A stretch of 64,000 bases of DNA from contig NW_003526944.1 in the NCBI RefSeq assembly GCF_000181795.1, positions 2,710,205 to 2,774,204 of the forward strand, given 5' to 3'. Position 1 is the stretch's first letter. Every line of letters starts with the position of its first letter. Below the pieces are notes generated by a model. The model ran no database searches. It was given only the letters and a program-made list of their open reading frames with translations, and was not told the origin of the DNA. This DNA comes from Trichinella spiralis. Taxonomy: Eukaryota. A program made the position numbers and the translations under genes. Below are positions 13,001-28,732 of this stretch, piece by piece.

Positions 13001-15261
13001 GCCGTGCATTATTATTATTATTATTATGATTTTTGTCATTACTATGGTCATAATTATCACCATCATCAGCAGCATCCTCATTATTATCTGAAGCAGAATT
13101 ATTACTGCAAGCGGAAGTTGTAGCTAGATAGGAGAAGATTTCAGTTAGTGCATTGTGAACGTTTTCTGAAATTTCTGTCTTAATCAATATTTTCTTCTGC
13201 CTTACAATTTTAACGTGATTAAATTGAATAGGCCCGATTTGTCATCGCAGTTGTGTGGATAAAATGTCCAATAAATGAAAAGCATAAAATTTTTCACTAC
13301 ATTTCGTTGGCATTAATGATGCTACTTTTAATCGAATGAATATATTTTTCATAAGCATCAAGCAAAATTGTTTCGATATGTTCAGTTGAATTTTCTGATA
13401 TGAATGAAATGCAAATTAGTTGGTTCATTATCATGCCTTGAAGTTGAACATTGTTTATTATTATTACACTCGTGGAAGTTTTACGTGAATACTTTTCATG
13501 CAGTTATTCTTTTATAGATGATACTTTAGAATTTAGTGCCTTGAATTTTAGGGTTTGATTGTAGACCAAACAATCGAAAAAGTTTCCTTTTGTGCACCGG
13601 ATCGTAATCATGACAAAGGTTTTGCATATATATGCCGTGAAGGCACAACACGCCGGTGGATGTGCCATGGTTTTCATGCGATTCGAGAATCGGTTTGATT
13701 TATTATTATATTTTTTTACAAATTATAAAGTGATTATTATATAGGATTGTTTTGTTATTGTAATAATTTTTTTCAGGGTGAGCGCTTGAGCCATGCGGTT
13801 GGATGCGCATTTGCGGTTTGTTTAGAACGAAAACAAAAACGTGATCGAGAATTGTCTAACGTGCAGCTGGTGTCGAGCAGCAGTACAACTGCCAGCGGTG
13901 GGAATTTCACAGGCACGTCTACGACGTCACAGCAATTGCTTAATGGTGGAACTTCGACCGCTTGCACTGACAGTATAAGCAAAAGCAGTACAACGGCAGT
14001 GGCCGCGAGCATCATCACACCTGCCGGTGCAATTTCGGATGGTAAAACAGCATTTCCACGGCACAATTTTCGATATCTTTCCTTAAGGGACCGTTTGTAT
14101 GATCCTCAGAATTTCAAGCCAACTGGTATGAGTGAATTTTTTGATTTATCACTTATGTATATAATAATAACGTGTAGTACATTGGTATTTATATTTGTAT
14201 GCTGTTTTTGCTTGTTTCAGAACCACCTCCGATTAAAGTGGTCAATTGTCCGCATGCAATTGCAAGACCTCAACCTAACCGATCACTTTTTGAAAGGCAA
14301 AGCTCCGTACGTTTGCTTGCATCTAGTCCACTCGACACCGGTTCATTTCGACGGTTCAACAGTCTTCGATTAACAACAAGCACTCTGACGCCAACAGACT
14401 TGCCATATTTTTCCTCTGGTGAAGAAAAAACCACAAAACATTATATTCAAATATATTTATGTTTATTTGTTTTTTGAAACAGATATTTCCAATAAGCCGA
14501 TTGCTGAAGAAGAATCACAAGATTTCACCGCTGCTTGCACTGCAGCATCAACGACGACTACAGCAGAGACATTGAACAAATTTGACACGGTGGTAAACTT
14601 GCTATATAATTAATTACTGGTTTTAACAATTTAATTAATTTGAATAAAACTGTACTTTAATTATCTTTATTATCGTAATATTTTTTTGTTTTATTAGTTC
14701 TTTTTTTATTTTTTTCAGCTTTCCAGTTGGCTTGCTGAACCAATCAGTGAAACGATGTCGACAAAATCGACAACTTCTATGCAGACGTCAATTTCGCAGC
14801 CTGATTTCAGGCAATACAGAACGTTGCAGCCACGCTCCAAAGGTCAGGAATGGTTAGAAACGATCGCTGAACAAGCGAAAGCAATACGAGAGCAACGTGA
14901 AGCTGAAAATGCCAAGGTTTATTATTTTGTTATTTATGAAAAATTGTACATATATATATAAATATAATTTGTATAATGTGCTGATTTGTAGAATAGTGCA
15001 GCTATTGCCGGTTCTCCAACCCTGTCGAATGTATCTCGTGTGAGCAGTATGTCGCCCAATTGTAATGATGATTTGAGCAGGTCGGTTCGACCGCACGAAG
15101 AATTGCACGAAAATCGTCTTAGCAGCTCGAAAGTGCCGGCTTGTTCAACTGAGGATCCGTTTGAAGTGAAGTGGAACTCATTGGATAAATCGTCACTCAA
15201 TACGAATCCTTTCATACAAACTGAATCACCTGAAAACAGTACAACTGGAGATAATAGATGA
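10063..15261 (+). CDS. numb: Numb PTB-domain endocytic adaptor. Exons approx. 10063-10085, 12167-12323, 12393-12546, 13552-13692, 13777-14127, 14221-14418, 14483-14592, 14719-14916, 14991-15261
   Basis: MDRFRRS..., PTB domain ([81 protein letters not shown]), NumbF-like AIARP...FERQSS.R, and C-terminal DPF and NPF motifs. The small upstream exon at 10063 splices in frame; an alternative ATG lies at 12186. Confidence 0.92.
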
Positions 15262-16089
15262 AAAATTTATCATCCATTACGAGGCGCTATTCCCTCCCCC
15301 CCCCCTCACTTTCACCTTTTTTTGATGCAAATAAACGGAAGCAGTTGTCTTTTTTCTCGCTCTTTTGTTTAATAATTATTTTTCAAATTATGTTAAAAGC
15401 ACACTTGCTTGTTTCGATGCTGCAATTTCGTGCGTAATTGCTCTGAAATTAGTTACATTGTTGTTATATTTTGTACGCAACGTGAAAATAAAATTTATGC
15501 ATATTTTTCTTTCTAATTTTTGAAGCATTTGTTCCATGAATGTTGTCAAGTTCGCAGTTCACAAGTTTTCGCGCAAGTTCATCCAATTAAACAAATACAA
15601 TATGATCTTTAATAATACATTTATTTATTTAGAAATAATATCTCATGCTGTCAAGTTCTTTGGACCAATATTTTCATTTTAATTAATAAAAAAATTATTA
15701 AATAATTCTATTTAACAATAATTTAAAGCGCAAAATTATTATATTTAATTTCTAAATATATTTTTTTGAAAATTATTTTTATTGAACTTGCATATTTTTA
15801 AGTAGACTGTAAAGTCCTGCTATATCAATTTCCCATTTTTGTGTATTTACAAGTGCAGTGTTGGTTGTGAATAAAAATTGCAAAAATTGCACTTAAATTA
15901 TGACCCGTTTGTTAATCATCAGTTAACGTTGATCTTCACTGAAATTTGTACAATGTATACTAATGTTTATGTAGACGCTTTGTTTATTTCACGTTATCTT
16001 TGTTTTTGTCCTTTACTGATGACGCGCAAGATTTATTGTAAATGCTGGTTTAGTTTATTTCATTTTGAAAATTTATTTTAGATTCTGAA

Positions 16090-18560
16090 ATGATTGCTTC
16101 TAACACTAGCGTTTTTGATACCGCTGATGACTTTTCATTGAAATCGACTGTTGATGTCAGCCCTCTGACATCATCTGACGTTCGGTGCAAAGACATGTTA
16201 GAGGAAAATTTTATTTCCTGCAAAGATGGTGATTATCCGCTTCAGGTGATTGGTGTTGACAAAGTGGAGCATTGTTTTGTTCTTAATGATACCGTGCTGG
16301 AGAAGCTGCTTTTAAATCCTGGAATAGCTGACAAGAAAGTTGCGGTCATTTCTGTCGCAGGAACGTTTCGGCGGGGAAAGTCGTTCATGTTAAACTTTTT
16401 CCTAAAATATCTCAAGGCGGAAGTAAATTTTTACATTATGTCGATTTTTAATATTACTTGATGAAATAATTATAGAATTCGGACTGGCTAGGGGATCGAA
16501 ATTCTACTTTGGAAGGGTTTAGCTGGCGAGGTGGTGCCGAACGAGATACATCCGGTTTGCTGCTTTGGAGTAAACCGTTTATTATCGAACTCCCTGACAG
16601 CAAAGAAGAAGTAATTGCAATCACGAATTCATTTTTTCTAATGAATCATATTGTAATTTATGTTTAGATTGTCATCTTATTGATGGATACTCAAGGAGCT
16701 TTTGATAGTCAGTCAACTGTTAAAGACTGTGCGACAATTTTTGCTTTATCAACTATGCTGAGTTCTGTACAAGTTAGTTTTTGCTATCTTTTGAAATAAT
16801 TTTGACTATAATAAATGAATTGCAATAATTTTTTAGATTTACAATTTATCGCAAAACATACAGGAAGATGATCTGCAACATTTGCATTTGTTTACTGAGT
16901 ATGGGCGCCTTGCATTGATGGATGAAGATTCAAAGCCATTTCAGGTGAACTGTTGAAACTTTTTGAAACAAATGACAATTATAGGTGTATTTGTTGTTTT
17001 AGAGTTTGTATTTTTTGGTGCGCGATTGGAGTTTTCCATATGAAGCAGAGTACGGATTTGTCGGAGGAGAACGGATGTTGCAAAAGAGATTAGAAGTAAG
17101 CATTTCTAGAATTCGAATACTACGTGTACAGAGTGAAATGTTTGCAAATATTTCCAGGTATCTAAAAATCAGCACGAAGAACTGCAACAGTTGCGAATGC
17201 ACATCCGTGCTTGTTTTGCAGACGTGAAGTGTTTTTTGATGCCTCACCCTGGCCTGCGTGTTGCTACTTCACCAACGTTCAGAGGACAGCTGTCTGGTTT
17301 GTTTCATTTTTTGTTTTAATGATTATAAAATTGGTTTTTGTTTTTTTTTAATAAATAATTGAATTTCAGAAATAGAACCGCAGTTTATTGACCAATTGAA
17401 GCAGTTTGTCCCGTATGTATTATCTCCGCAAAATGTGGTCTTAAAAGAGATTGGAGGTCGAACGGTCACATGTCGGGAATTGTTAGAATACTTTCGTGCG
17501 TATATGAAAATATTCGAAGGTGAAGATCTTCCCGAACCGAAATCGATGCTACTGGCAAGTGTTGTTTTTATTCAGTTGGAAGCTACAGTATGAAATGTTC
17601 TGATTTTCAAGATTAGATTTTGTACATTTGAAATTAGTTGAAGTGAAACGAAAATGTGCAAACATTTCTGCTTGTCCATATATGCATGTATGTAATGTAT
17701 AGGTTGTTTTAGGCAACTGCAGAGGCGAACAATTTGGCAGCAGTTTCCTGTTGTCGGGCTACATATTGCCGGGGAATGGAAGAAAAATGCGGTGGCGACA
17801 CACCGTATTTATCTTCTGCTATGCTGGAAGCTGAACATGCAGAGAATAGAAAAGTCGCAATTGAACAGTTCAAGAAAACACGCAAAATGGGCGGCGAATT
17901 GTTCAGCAAAGTTTTCCTGGAAAAACTCGAAGCCGACATCGAGGAATGCTTTGACAGTTACCAGAAAGTGAACAACGGAAAGCAGTTGTTCAGCTCGTTC
18001 AGAACCCCGATAGCGATGATCATCACTTTAGCCGTTTTGTACATTTTCCAACAAGCGTTTCTTTTCACTGGTTTGAGTTGTTTCGCATCGTTATGCAGCA
18101 CGGCGGTTGGTTTGATTTTCATCACCGTCATCACTTGGTGCTATTCGAGGTGATTGTTGTTGTCTCGTTGATTTTTTTATTTGTTAATTTTTTAATTTTC
18201 CAACGTTACAACAATTGACTGACGAAAACGACAAATTTTCAGATCCACTGGAAATTTGCGCGAAATTTCACAAAGCATCGACGAACTGGCTGACAATTTG
18301 TGGCAGAATGTACGCAAGATTATCATATTTTTATTGTCTTTTCTCTATTTGGAAAGCTGATGGAATTGTTAGTTAATCTGTTTTGGTTTCTTTAGATTTT
18401 AGTTCCCTTTTCGGGCATGGCAGTTAACGCAGGCATGAAGCAAGCTTTCGTCAGTAATTTCAATTCATTCGGTGGAACAGCCAATCGAACTAATAATAAT
18501 AATAATAATGCTACTACGAATACTGTGCATGAAAGCAGAAAAAGATCCAACAAAAAATGA
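16090..18560 (+). CDS. ATL: Atlastin (ER membrane-fusion GTPase), about 10 exons, includes one GC-AG intron
   Basis: P-loop [72 protein letters not shown], and a C-terminal two-helix TM hairpin. Confidence 0.96.
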
Positions 18561-19601
18561 GGAAAGAAGCAAATCTGAACTTTGAAATTTTCAATAAACT
18601 AGATTGGTATTATTTTATCTTCTGTTGTAGGATTTATATTTTCTGATGACAAGCGTTAAAAATCATTCAAAAATGACATATTTCATTCAATATTGGAAAC
18701 TGTAGCTGAGTAATTCATTCGTTCGTACGTTCATTCATTTCATCAGGCAAATGAAATTATTGCAAGGTATTTTAATTATTGGACATATTTCTTGATGAAA
18801 GAATTTTTTTAACAATAATAACAACAATAAAATGTATTCAACTTGTTTCATTTTTTTCTTGGTTTGTACTTTTACTTTTTCAGACGAATCCTGGAACATA
18901 ACTACCGTAAAGTTGGTTTTTAAAATTTTAAAATCTTTGAAGATTTATTCACTAATAATGGCAAATAGCAATCTATTTAGCAAGAGTATGATTTTTTGTT
19001 TCTTTTGTTATTATTTATTAGCAGTCAGTTTTTCATATTGCATAATCAACTTTTAGCATTATTATTTGAGTTTTTCATAGAACCAATGACGAAAAAGATT
19101 TCGTATGGTTGACGTTTAATCGAAAAAAATTGTCTTTTTTTCGTGCACAACTAAGTGTATGAAGTTTGTACAACAAAATTTTGATGAGTGACATTGTTGA
19201 TAATTGTATAAGATAAATGAACAATATAAAAAGAATTTCTCGTCAAAAGAACAATATTTTGATATGATGTTATAGATTTTTGTTTATCAACGTGCATAGG
19301 AACGAAAATATTTCGTTTCGTTTCAACCAAAATGGACAAAACCAGCGAAGACAAGGAAGAAATTACGAAAAAAAATTTTTTTCAACTTGAAATCTATTAC
19401 AGTAGACTGTAGTGATGTATTTTTGAATTTGTAAATTTCGATTGGTTAGTAAAAGTTGTTTCGAGTGGTGTTCTGAGTTTCGTTTGAACTTGTGTGTTTG
19501 AATGTACGTGAACAGACGAAAATATTCCACTGTTGTGAGTGATTGTGTGGCAGTTGGTTAATCGGATTGTACCCCTTTACAGCTTTTTGAAAATTTGGAA
19601 G

Positions 19602-22187
<2,586 letters not shown>

Positions 22188-22194
22188 CTGCTCG

Positions 22195-22602
22195 TCAACT
22201 TGGATTGTTGATTTGCAACATTTTGTGTGAACGAACAAAGCCTTCATTGTCTGTCGTAAGCTTATTATTACATTTTTGAAATTGTTTTGTACTTGCTTTG
22301 CTTTCTTCCTCCAATGTCCCCAGTATTAGCGGGAAAATATTAGCTGGTGGAGGGATGTGTTGTTGGTTGTTTTCTTCGTTTTCTTTTTTATCGCTTGTAA
22401 ATGTTAGCAACACTGTGGTGAATGATTGCATATCCTGTAGAAGAATTTTATTTCGGCAATTGATTTTACTTGAACAATTTTATTTAAAATTTTACTCGTT
22501 GGCAGCTGGTGCTAACGAGTTGGGGGTTTTGCAGATCTGTGAAACGTCGATGACCATTGAAACTTTGAAGCTTTTGGTCTTCCACGTTCTGTTGGCCATG
22601 CT
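22195..22602 (-). CDS. Two putative spliced exons (HGQQNVEDQKLQ...SCQR | DMQSFTT...NNPS*); either a C-terminal extension of the globin or a small orphan gene
   Basis: A GT...TACAG intron (about 22435-22496) joins two open frames in phase 0. No recognisable domain. Confidence 0.35.
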
Positions 22603-22927
22603 CTAATTACTTTGGCGAGAAATTTTTACTTTTCAATCAATAAATTACGGCTTTCTGCGGCTAATCTGATGATTTGGTTGAGGTGAATGGAAATTTCAAG
22701 CGCAAAGTTTGAAAAACTGTATCATTTTGTTGCATATTTACTCCAGTATTTATTTCTTTCGTTTTCTTTCACAGGTTATGATGTAGGGTTCACCAGGTAC
22801 ATACATTCATACATGACTGTACAAGTTATGCATTCTTCTTCTTATTTCAGTTTCTGCATATGTGTTTATAAATTTATATATATATACATACAATAATATA
22901 CAGATAAGGGTGTAGTTGAAAGCAAAA

Positions 22928-24791
22928 CTAAAAGCTAGATTCACGACGAACGGTTTCCCGTTTTGCAGCCTCTCGGCTGTGTTGTTTGTGCCGTTGTAAG
23001 TAACCGTCTTTGATTTTTTCCACAATTACAGTAACAAGTAGAGTCCAAGCTTTGGAAAGATCTCGGTGCTTGCGTACAAGGCCGACCATGTTGATCCGAT
23101 CGAGTACCGCTTCTGCTAGCTGTTCCCAGATGCAATCTTCCATAAAACCAACGCTTATGTTTGCATGGGCTGCGCCGTAATTGTAGCAAGTTTGGAGGAA
23201 TGGTTCACTGGGCTCGTTGATTTTTTCCACAGCTTGGCCAATCAAATCGGTCAACAGTTGCTCATGCCGACGCATGACCCCGGTATTTGCTGGACCTTTA
23301 GCGAATCGTTCGACCACTTTTGCTTTTTCGAACATTGCCTAAATTAGAATTCATCACTGGTGTTGGACAATATGCAATGTATACAGGACAGTATATGTTA
23401 TTTCTATTGATGTAGTTGAAGATTGAATATTTTACAAATTTATAATACATTTCAACATATAAGTTGCATTCCAAACTTTCATATATTTGCGTGGCAAGGA
23501 TATTTGTGATAAACTGTTCCAAAAGGGTCACCATCACTCAGTTATTACATTCCTTAGTACTGGCTGAATTGTTGTGGTCACGAATATTTCCAACATTAAG
23601 CAAATATTAGCACAGCCATCAAAGATCGTTAATGACTCTGTGTGATCAATCGATTTTTACAAATGAAAATGGGTAATTTTTTCAAGGAAATATTATATTT
23701 TTTCAAATAATTAGGTAATGTATTTTTGGTTAAAAAATTAATGGTGGAAATTATTATCATTTGAAACCATGGGCAAAGTTTACCTAGTTATCGAGTGGCA
23801 GTTATCCATTTATATGGTATAATTAATTGGATAATTGGTTGTAATTTTTCGTTTTCCCGTAACCAAGGACCGTTGCATGGACGCTGAATGATTGAAATGA
23901 ATGTTAGAAGACAAATTTTCAGCAGCTTGAAAATTTGAATTCACTCGAATGACAATTGTCGGTAATATTCCAATATGAAAATTGTTATCCAATTAATAAA
24001 GCTGCCAGCAGTTGTTGTTGTTGGTGGTATTGAATGTGTCGAAGGCGTGGCATGGACGCAATTGGTGTTGCTGTTGGTGTTTATTGTACAGCTGGATAGC
24101 TGGCTGAATTCAATTCAACTGCGCAGCCTGTTGCTCTAATGAAGCAATTATGCAAATGTGTTTACTTATGACAAGTTTCGCCTGTGATCAGTGCAAATCC
24201 ACTCACTGACAGTAGCGTTTGCTTGATATTTCGCTTCCATATCAAGTAGCGTATTTTGTTGCTGTTGTTGTTTATGATGTTGGTGATTTGGATTCATCGT
24301 TATCGTAGTCCGAGTGGTCATTATTGTTGTTATTTTGTCTCAGGTACAAACCCGGGAACAAATAGATTAATAAAAAAATAGAGTTTTTTTGTTTCATCGC
24401 TTACCCATCCAGTGGGACTTTTTTCGCAAAATTTTCGAAAAAATGCGTCGCCACCTTGAATCCGATTCATTAGCTGGACTTTGGGCCAACTTTGAGCTAG
24501 CAGGTTCCGCTGGTGAATGGTCAAGTTCAGTCGGACCGACAGTGACGAGTACCTCAGTTCTTGCAAATTACTCGAACTAACTGATGTAGTTACTGCTGGA
24601 GTTGTTAATTTTGTTGTATGCGTTTGCCTTGCTGGAGAAGTTTGTTTCTCTGATCGCCTTCCACTTTTCTGTGGTCCACTCTTTACTGTTGGGGAACAGG
24701 GTGATAGTTGGTTTTTGTTGGGCTCTTTTCCAGCGGTTTGCAGACGCAGTTGCTCGGTATCTAGCGCCAGCACCTGTGGCGGTTGTGACAT
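22928..24791 (-). CDS. Globin-domain protein with a Ser/Thr/Pro-rich N-terminal extension (nematode glb-like); intron 23339-24404
   Basis: A-helix LTIHQRNLLAQSW, B-helix GDAFFRKF, CD1-like AMF, distal RRHEQLL, proximal YGAAH, H-helix KAWTLLVTVIVEKIKDGY. Phase-0 GT-AG junction W|AMFEK. Confidence 0.85.
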
Positions 24792-26909
24792 CGACCTATA
24801 ATTATCCAACGTAGCTCAGAGCAATTAAACATAATTGAAATGTTGAATCGACTGAAAGCAATAAATTTAAATATTATGCACAGAAATTTATACATTACTA
24901 TGTGTTAACTGAATAACCTATGCGTTGCAGGTCTTGTTCTCTTTGGCCGTCAGCGTAGTAGATTAGTTATAACTATAGCTTATGTATTACTCTGACTCTG
25001 ACTAGCTGGAACTCTAGCTTTCTCTGACAACGCTGTCACCAATTAGCCGTGTCGGCAGAGTCCATTGGTCTCTCTCATTCTATATCTCTGTGTGCGTCTA
25101 TTTCTTTCTAGCATCGATTACCGCCACCTACGCATTTTTTGATCCAACTGACCATGACTTTCATAAATATGCAAATCAGATTTCATTCTCCTCATTTCAA
25201 TGCTTGAATTATTTATGCGATGATTTTTCTTTTTTTGCTTTTAATAAGACGGTTATTCAATATCAGACTAATAATTATTTAATGAACATTCAAAATACAT
25301 GATATTGATATTTTTTAGGTTAAAAAAACTAATATATACTTATCTAAATTTATTATTCTGAAATCTGAATTTTGTATCCTTTTCAAAAGCTATTTGTTCT
25401 GGTTTGTATATTTAACGACAAAGAAGTGAAGAATTGAATTGAATTGAATTGAATCAAATGAATAAGTGAATGATTGATTATAATTATGTTGTTTTTCTTT
25501 TCATGTAACCATTACTTTTCATTATCGAAAAATAGTTAGTTTTGTAATTTTCATATTTGATTTGAGACATATTTCGAGTATCCTTTTCAAATCTTCATAA
25601 TGAGATATTACAGTTTATCTCAGCGATTACTTCGTCTCAATCTCAGGTGCATTTGATTTAAACTCTTACCAGTTTTTTGCGAACGTATATGATTTTGCAT
25701 AGTTTAAATGTTGTCTGTTGGTGGATCTGTATTGATGAACAAGTCAAATTTGAAAATTAGCTTTTTTGATTTCCAATAGTTTCATATTTCACAGTGCATT
25801 TTACGTTCAAAGTCAATGATGTTCATTTTGAAACATTTTTTAAGCTACAGCAACTCTGTTATCAAATTGTCATGTTAAGTTAAGCTAGTCTTCAACGAAG
25901 TTTCTTCATTAATTAGCACTTTGCGGGATCTCAAGTAATTTTTGAAATTATGTAATCATTAAATAATCATGAATGATGTTAAGGTATTGTACGAGGTTTT
26001 GTTGTTGTTTTCTTCATTGTAACTATTATGCATCAAGGCTTTTGTGGATGTTTATAATTGTTCAGTGATTGTCTTCAGCTTGATCTGATATTAATTTTTT
26101 ACAACTGAAATCATCAATTACTGTCAAATAAGTTGATATCGGTTTTTAAAATGTAAATGTACTGTTCATGTTCCCAGTTGCGACGATGTCGCATTATTGT
26201 CCAAATTGGATATATTTTTGTCCTTTTATTTCCATTTCTTGTCTCTTTTTCAACTGAACATCTGAATAATCCCTACGCAGTTGAAAATTGACCATCATCA
26301 TCGACTAGGCAAAAGAAGCCACAACACGATAGCACGCGTTAATCGTAAAAAATATTTGTCATTTTTGAAAATTTCAGCTCCCAGCTTCGTATTTGGGGCA
26401 GGCACAGATGATCGATTTTGAAATCACTTTTTTTATGCACATCCACAAAGCTGGACGACGGTGAAAAGCCGCCATTCTGTGTGATAAAATGCCTCTAATA
26501 AAGTAATCATTTTTCACGTCAGTTTCTTTTCAATTGAAAACCAATGTTTGATGTTGGAAAGAATTGTTAGAAACGCTGAGTTGTTACGCATTTTCCAGAC
26601 AATACATTTGACACTAGTCCAAAATGTGAAATTTCCTCCTTTCGGAATTTAGAACAATTTTTGAAAAAAATGAAATTCTGCTTAATTTATAATTTCATAT
26701 TAAGTCCTTTATGAATGTCACAATTGTGCAAGGCGTATATTTGTGTGCGTGTGTATAGTTTGTTGTTGAATTACAGTGAGACAACTGAAACTATTATTTT
26801 AAACTGTTTTCTGCATTTAAATTTTCTGCCCGTGCTGTGCTCAAAAATTCACTTTTTATTAGTTGGGAAAGTCGTTTCATTTCTAAAGGTATGCGATCGA
26901 TACGCCCCA

Positions 26910-27772
26910 NNNNNNNNNNNNNNNNNNNNNNNNNNNNNNNNNNNNNNNNNNNNNNNNNNNNNNNNNNNNNNNNNNNNNNNNNNNNNNNNNNNNNNNNNNN
27001 NNNNNNNNNNNNNNNNNNNNNNNNNNNNNNNNNNNNNNNNNNNNNNNNNNNNNNNNNNNNNNNNNNNNNNNNNNNNNNNNNNNNNNNNNNNNNNNNNNNN
27101 NNNNNNNNNNNNNNNNNNNNNNNNNNNNNNNNNNNNNNNNNNNNNNNNNNNNNNNNNNNNNNNNNNNNNNNNNNNNNNNNNNNNNNNNNNNNNNNNNNNN
27201 NNNNNNNNNNNNNNNNNNNNNNNNNNNNNNNNNNNNNNNNNNNNNNNNNNNNNNNNNNNNNNNNNNNNNNNNNNNNNNNNNNNNNNNNNNNNNNNNNNNN
27301 NNNNNNNNNNNNNNNNNNNNNNNNNNNNNNNNNNNNNNNNNNNNNNNNNNNNNNNNNNNNNNNNNNNNNNNNNNNNNNNNNNNNNNNNNNNNNNNNNNNN
27401 NNNNNNNNNNNNNNNNNNNNNNNNNNNNNNNNNNNNNNNNNNNNNNNNNNNNNNNNNNNNNNNNNNNNNNNNNNNNNNNNNNNNNNNNNNNNNNNNNNNN
27501 NNNNNNNNNNNNNNNNNNNNNNNNNNNNNNNNNNNNNNNNNNNNNNNNNNNNNNNNNNNNNNNNNNNNNNNNNNNNNNNNNNNNNNNNNNNNNNNNNNNN
27601 NNNNNNNNNNNNNNNNNNNNNNNNNNNNNNNNNNNNNNNNNNNNNNNNNNNNNNNNNNNNNNNNNNNNNNNNNNNNNNNNNNNNNNNNNNNNNNNNNNNN
27701 NNNNNNNNNNNNNNNNNNNNNNNNNNNNNNNNNNNNNNNNNNNNNNNNNNNNNNNNNNNNNNNNNNNNNNNN
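26910..27772. other. Assembly gap (863 N)
   Basis: Run of N. Confidence 1.
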
Positions 27773-28240
27773 AAAAAAATTTTTCGCCTCACATCGGACT
27801 TTCTTTCTTCTACTTTTTATAATTAGTATCGCTAGTCTCTCGGAATAAACAATATCAGTTACTTTGGTTATAGCCGCTGGTTTTCTTCATTCAGTGGAAG
27901 AAGTATCTGGTCGGTCCCCATTTCGATTGCCTTTCTTTCTTTCAGGAAACTGAAACAGCTAAATAAAACATCTAGCTAGTTGACTATTTGATTCAAAATA
28001 AAGCATCAGAACACGAACTCAATTTATTTTCTCCCTTTATTGCTGCTAGTACCCGGTCGCATTACTGCTATCGGGGGGTCTTTTTTTCTTTTTCCAAAAT
28101 TATCCATCAACAATTTCTGTGCCGCCGCTGAACAGTAAATCAATTAATTACAATAAATAAATTGAATGTTGATAAGGGGGGGGGCAAATTTGATCATAAA
28201 AATCCTTCTTGTTGACCCCATGCGGATCGAAAAATTCCTA
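27773..28240 (-). pseudogene. SAP30BP: Partial duplicate of the last exons of SAP30BP with many indels (likely low-quality contig end)
   Basis: Matches 42770-43212 with scattered single-base indels. A poly-G run at about 28176-28184 replaces the splice donor. Confidence 0.7.
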
Positions 28241-28653
28241 GAAATAATAAAGAGCATTTTAAAATATGGAATTACTTTTAGAAATTTTGAAAAAAAAATT
28301 CTAAAATAAAACTGTTTTTCCTGATCGAAAATTAATCTTGTTTTACATGAGACTGGCAAAAATATTTGAAATAATTTTCTGCCTATCATATTTGCAGCGC
28401 CATTTCACATAATTTGGTGTACTACTTACTTTTCATTCATAAAATTATCAACGATGGGTGAGGGAAACGGAAACAATTTTCGCTGAATATTACCTCAATG
28501 CAAAGTCTTCATTATCCTGTTTGCATAGTATTGGAAATCATAATCTGTACAAATAGTAACGTGACGCCAAATAAATTTTGCTAAAAGATATTAATTACAC
28601 GTTTAACGTGCTTAACCTTAAAAATTAAATTGAAGCTTAGTTTGCGTATAGGT

Positions 28654-28663
28654 NNNNNNNNNN
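28654..28663. other. 10-N scaffold gap exactly at the junction between the duplicated units
   Basis: Run of 10 N; the left flank equals 43627 and the right flank equals 13707. Confidence 1.
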
Positions 28664-28732
28664 TATATTTTTTTACAAATTATAAAGTGATTATTATATA
28701 GGATTGTGGAGCTTTGTAATAATTTTTTTCAG

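Noticed and set aside
12972..13091. TTTTCAG-ATG followed by a 39-aa Ile-rich hydrophobic peptide inside a numb intron
   Set aside because: It is explained by a degenerate ATT/ATC triplet repeat, with no independent coding evidence.
25374..25592. Two GTATCCTTT U12-type donor-like motifs (shared 14-mer GTATCCTTTTCAAA)
   Set aside because: They are intergenic on the + strand, with no upstream exon and no clear U12 branch point.
26715..27848. Long ORFs (329-377 aa) in the ORF track
   Set aside because: They only read through the N-gap.
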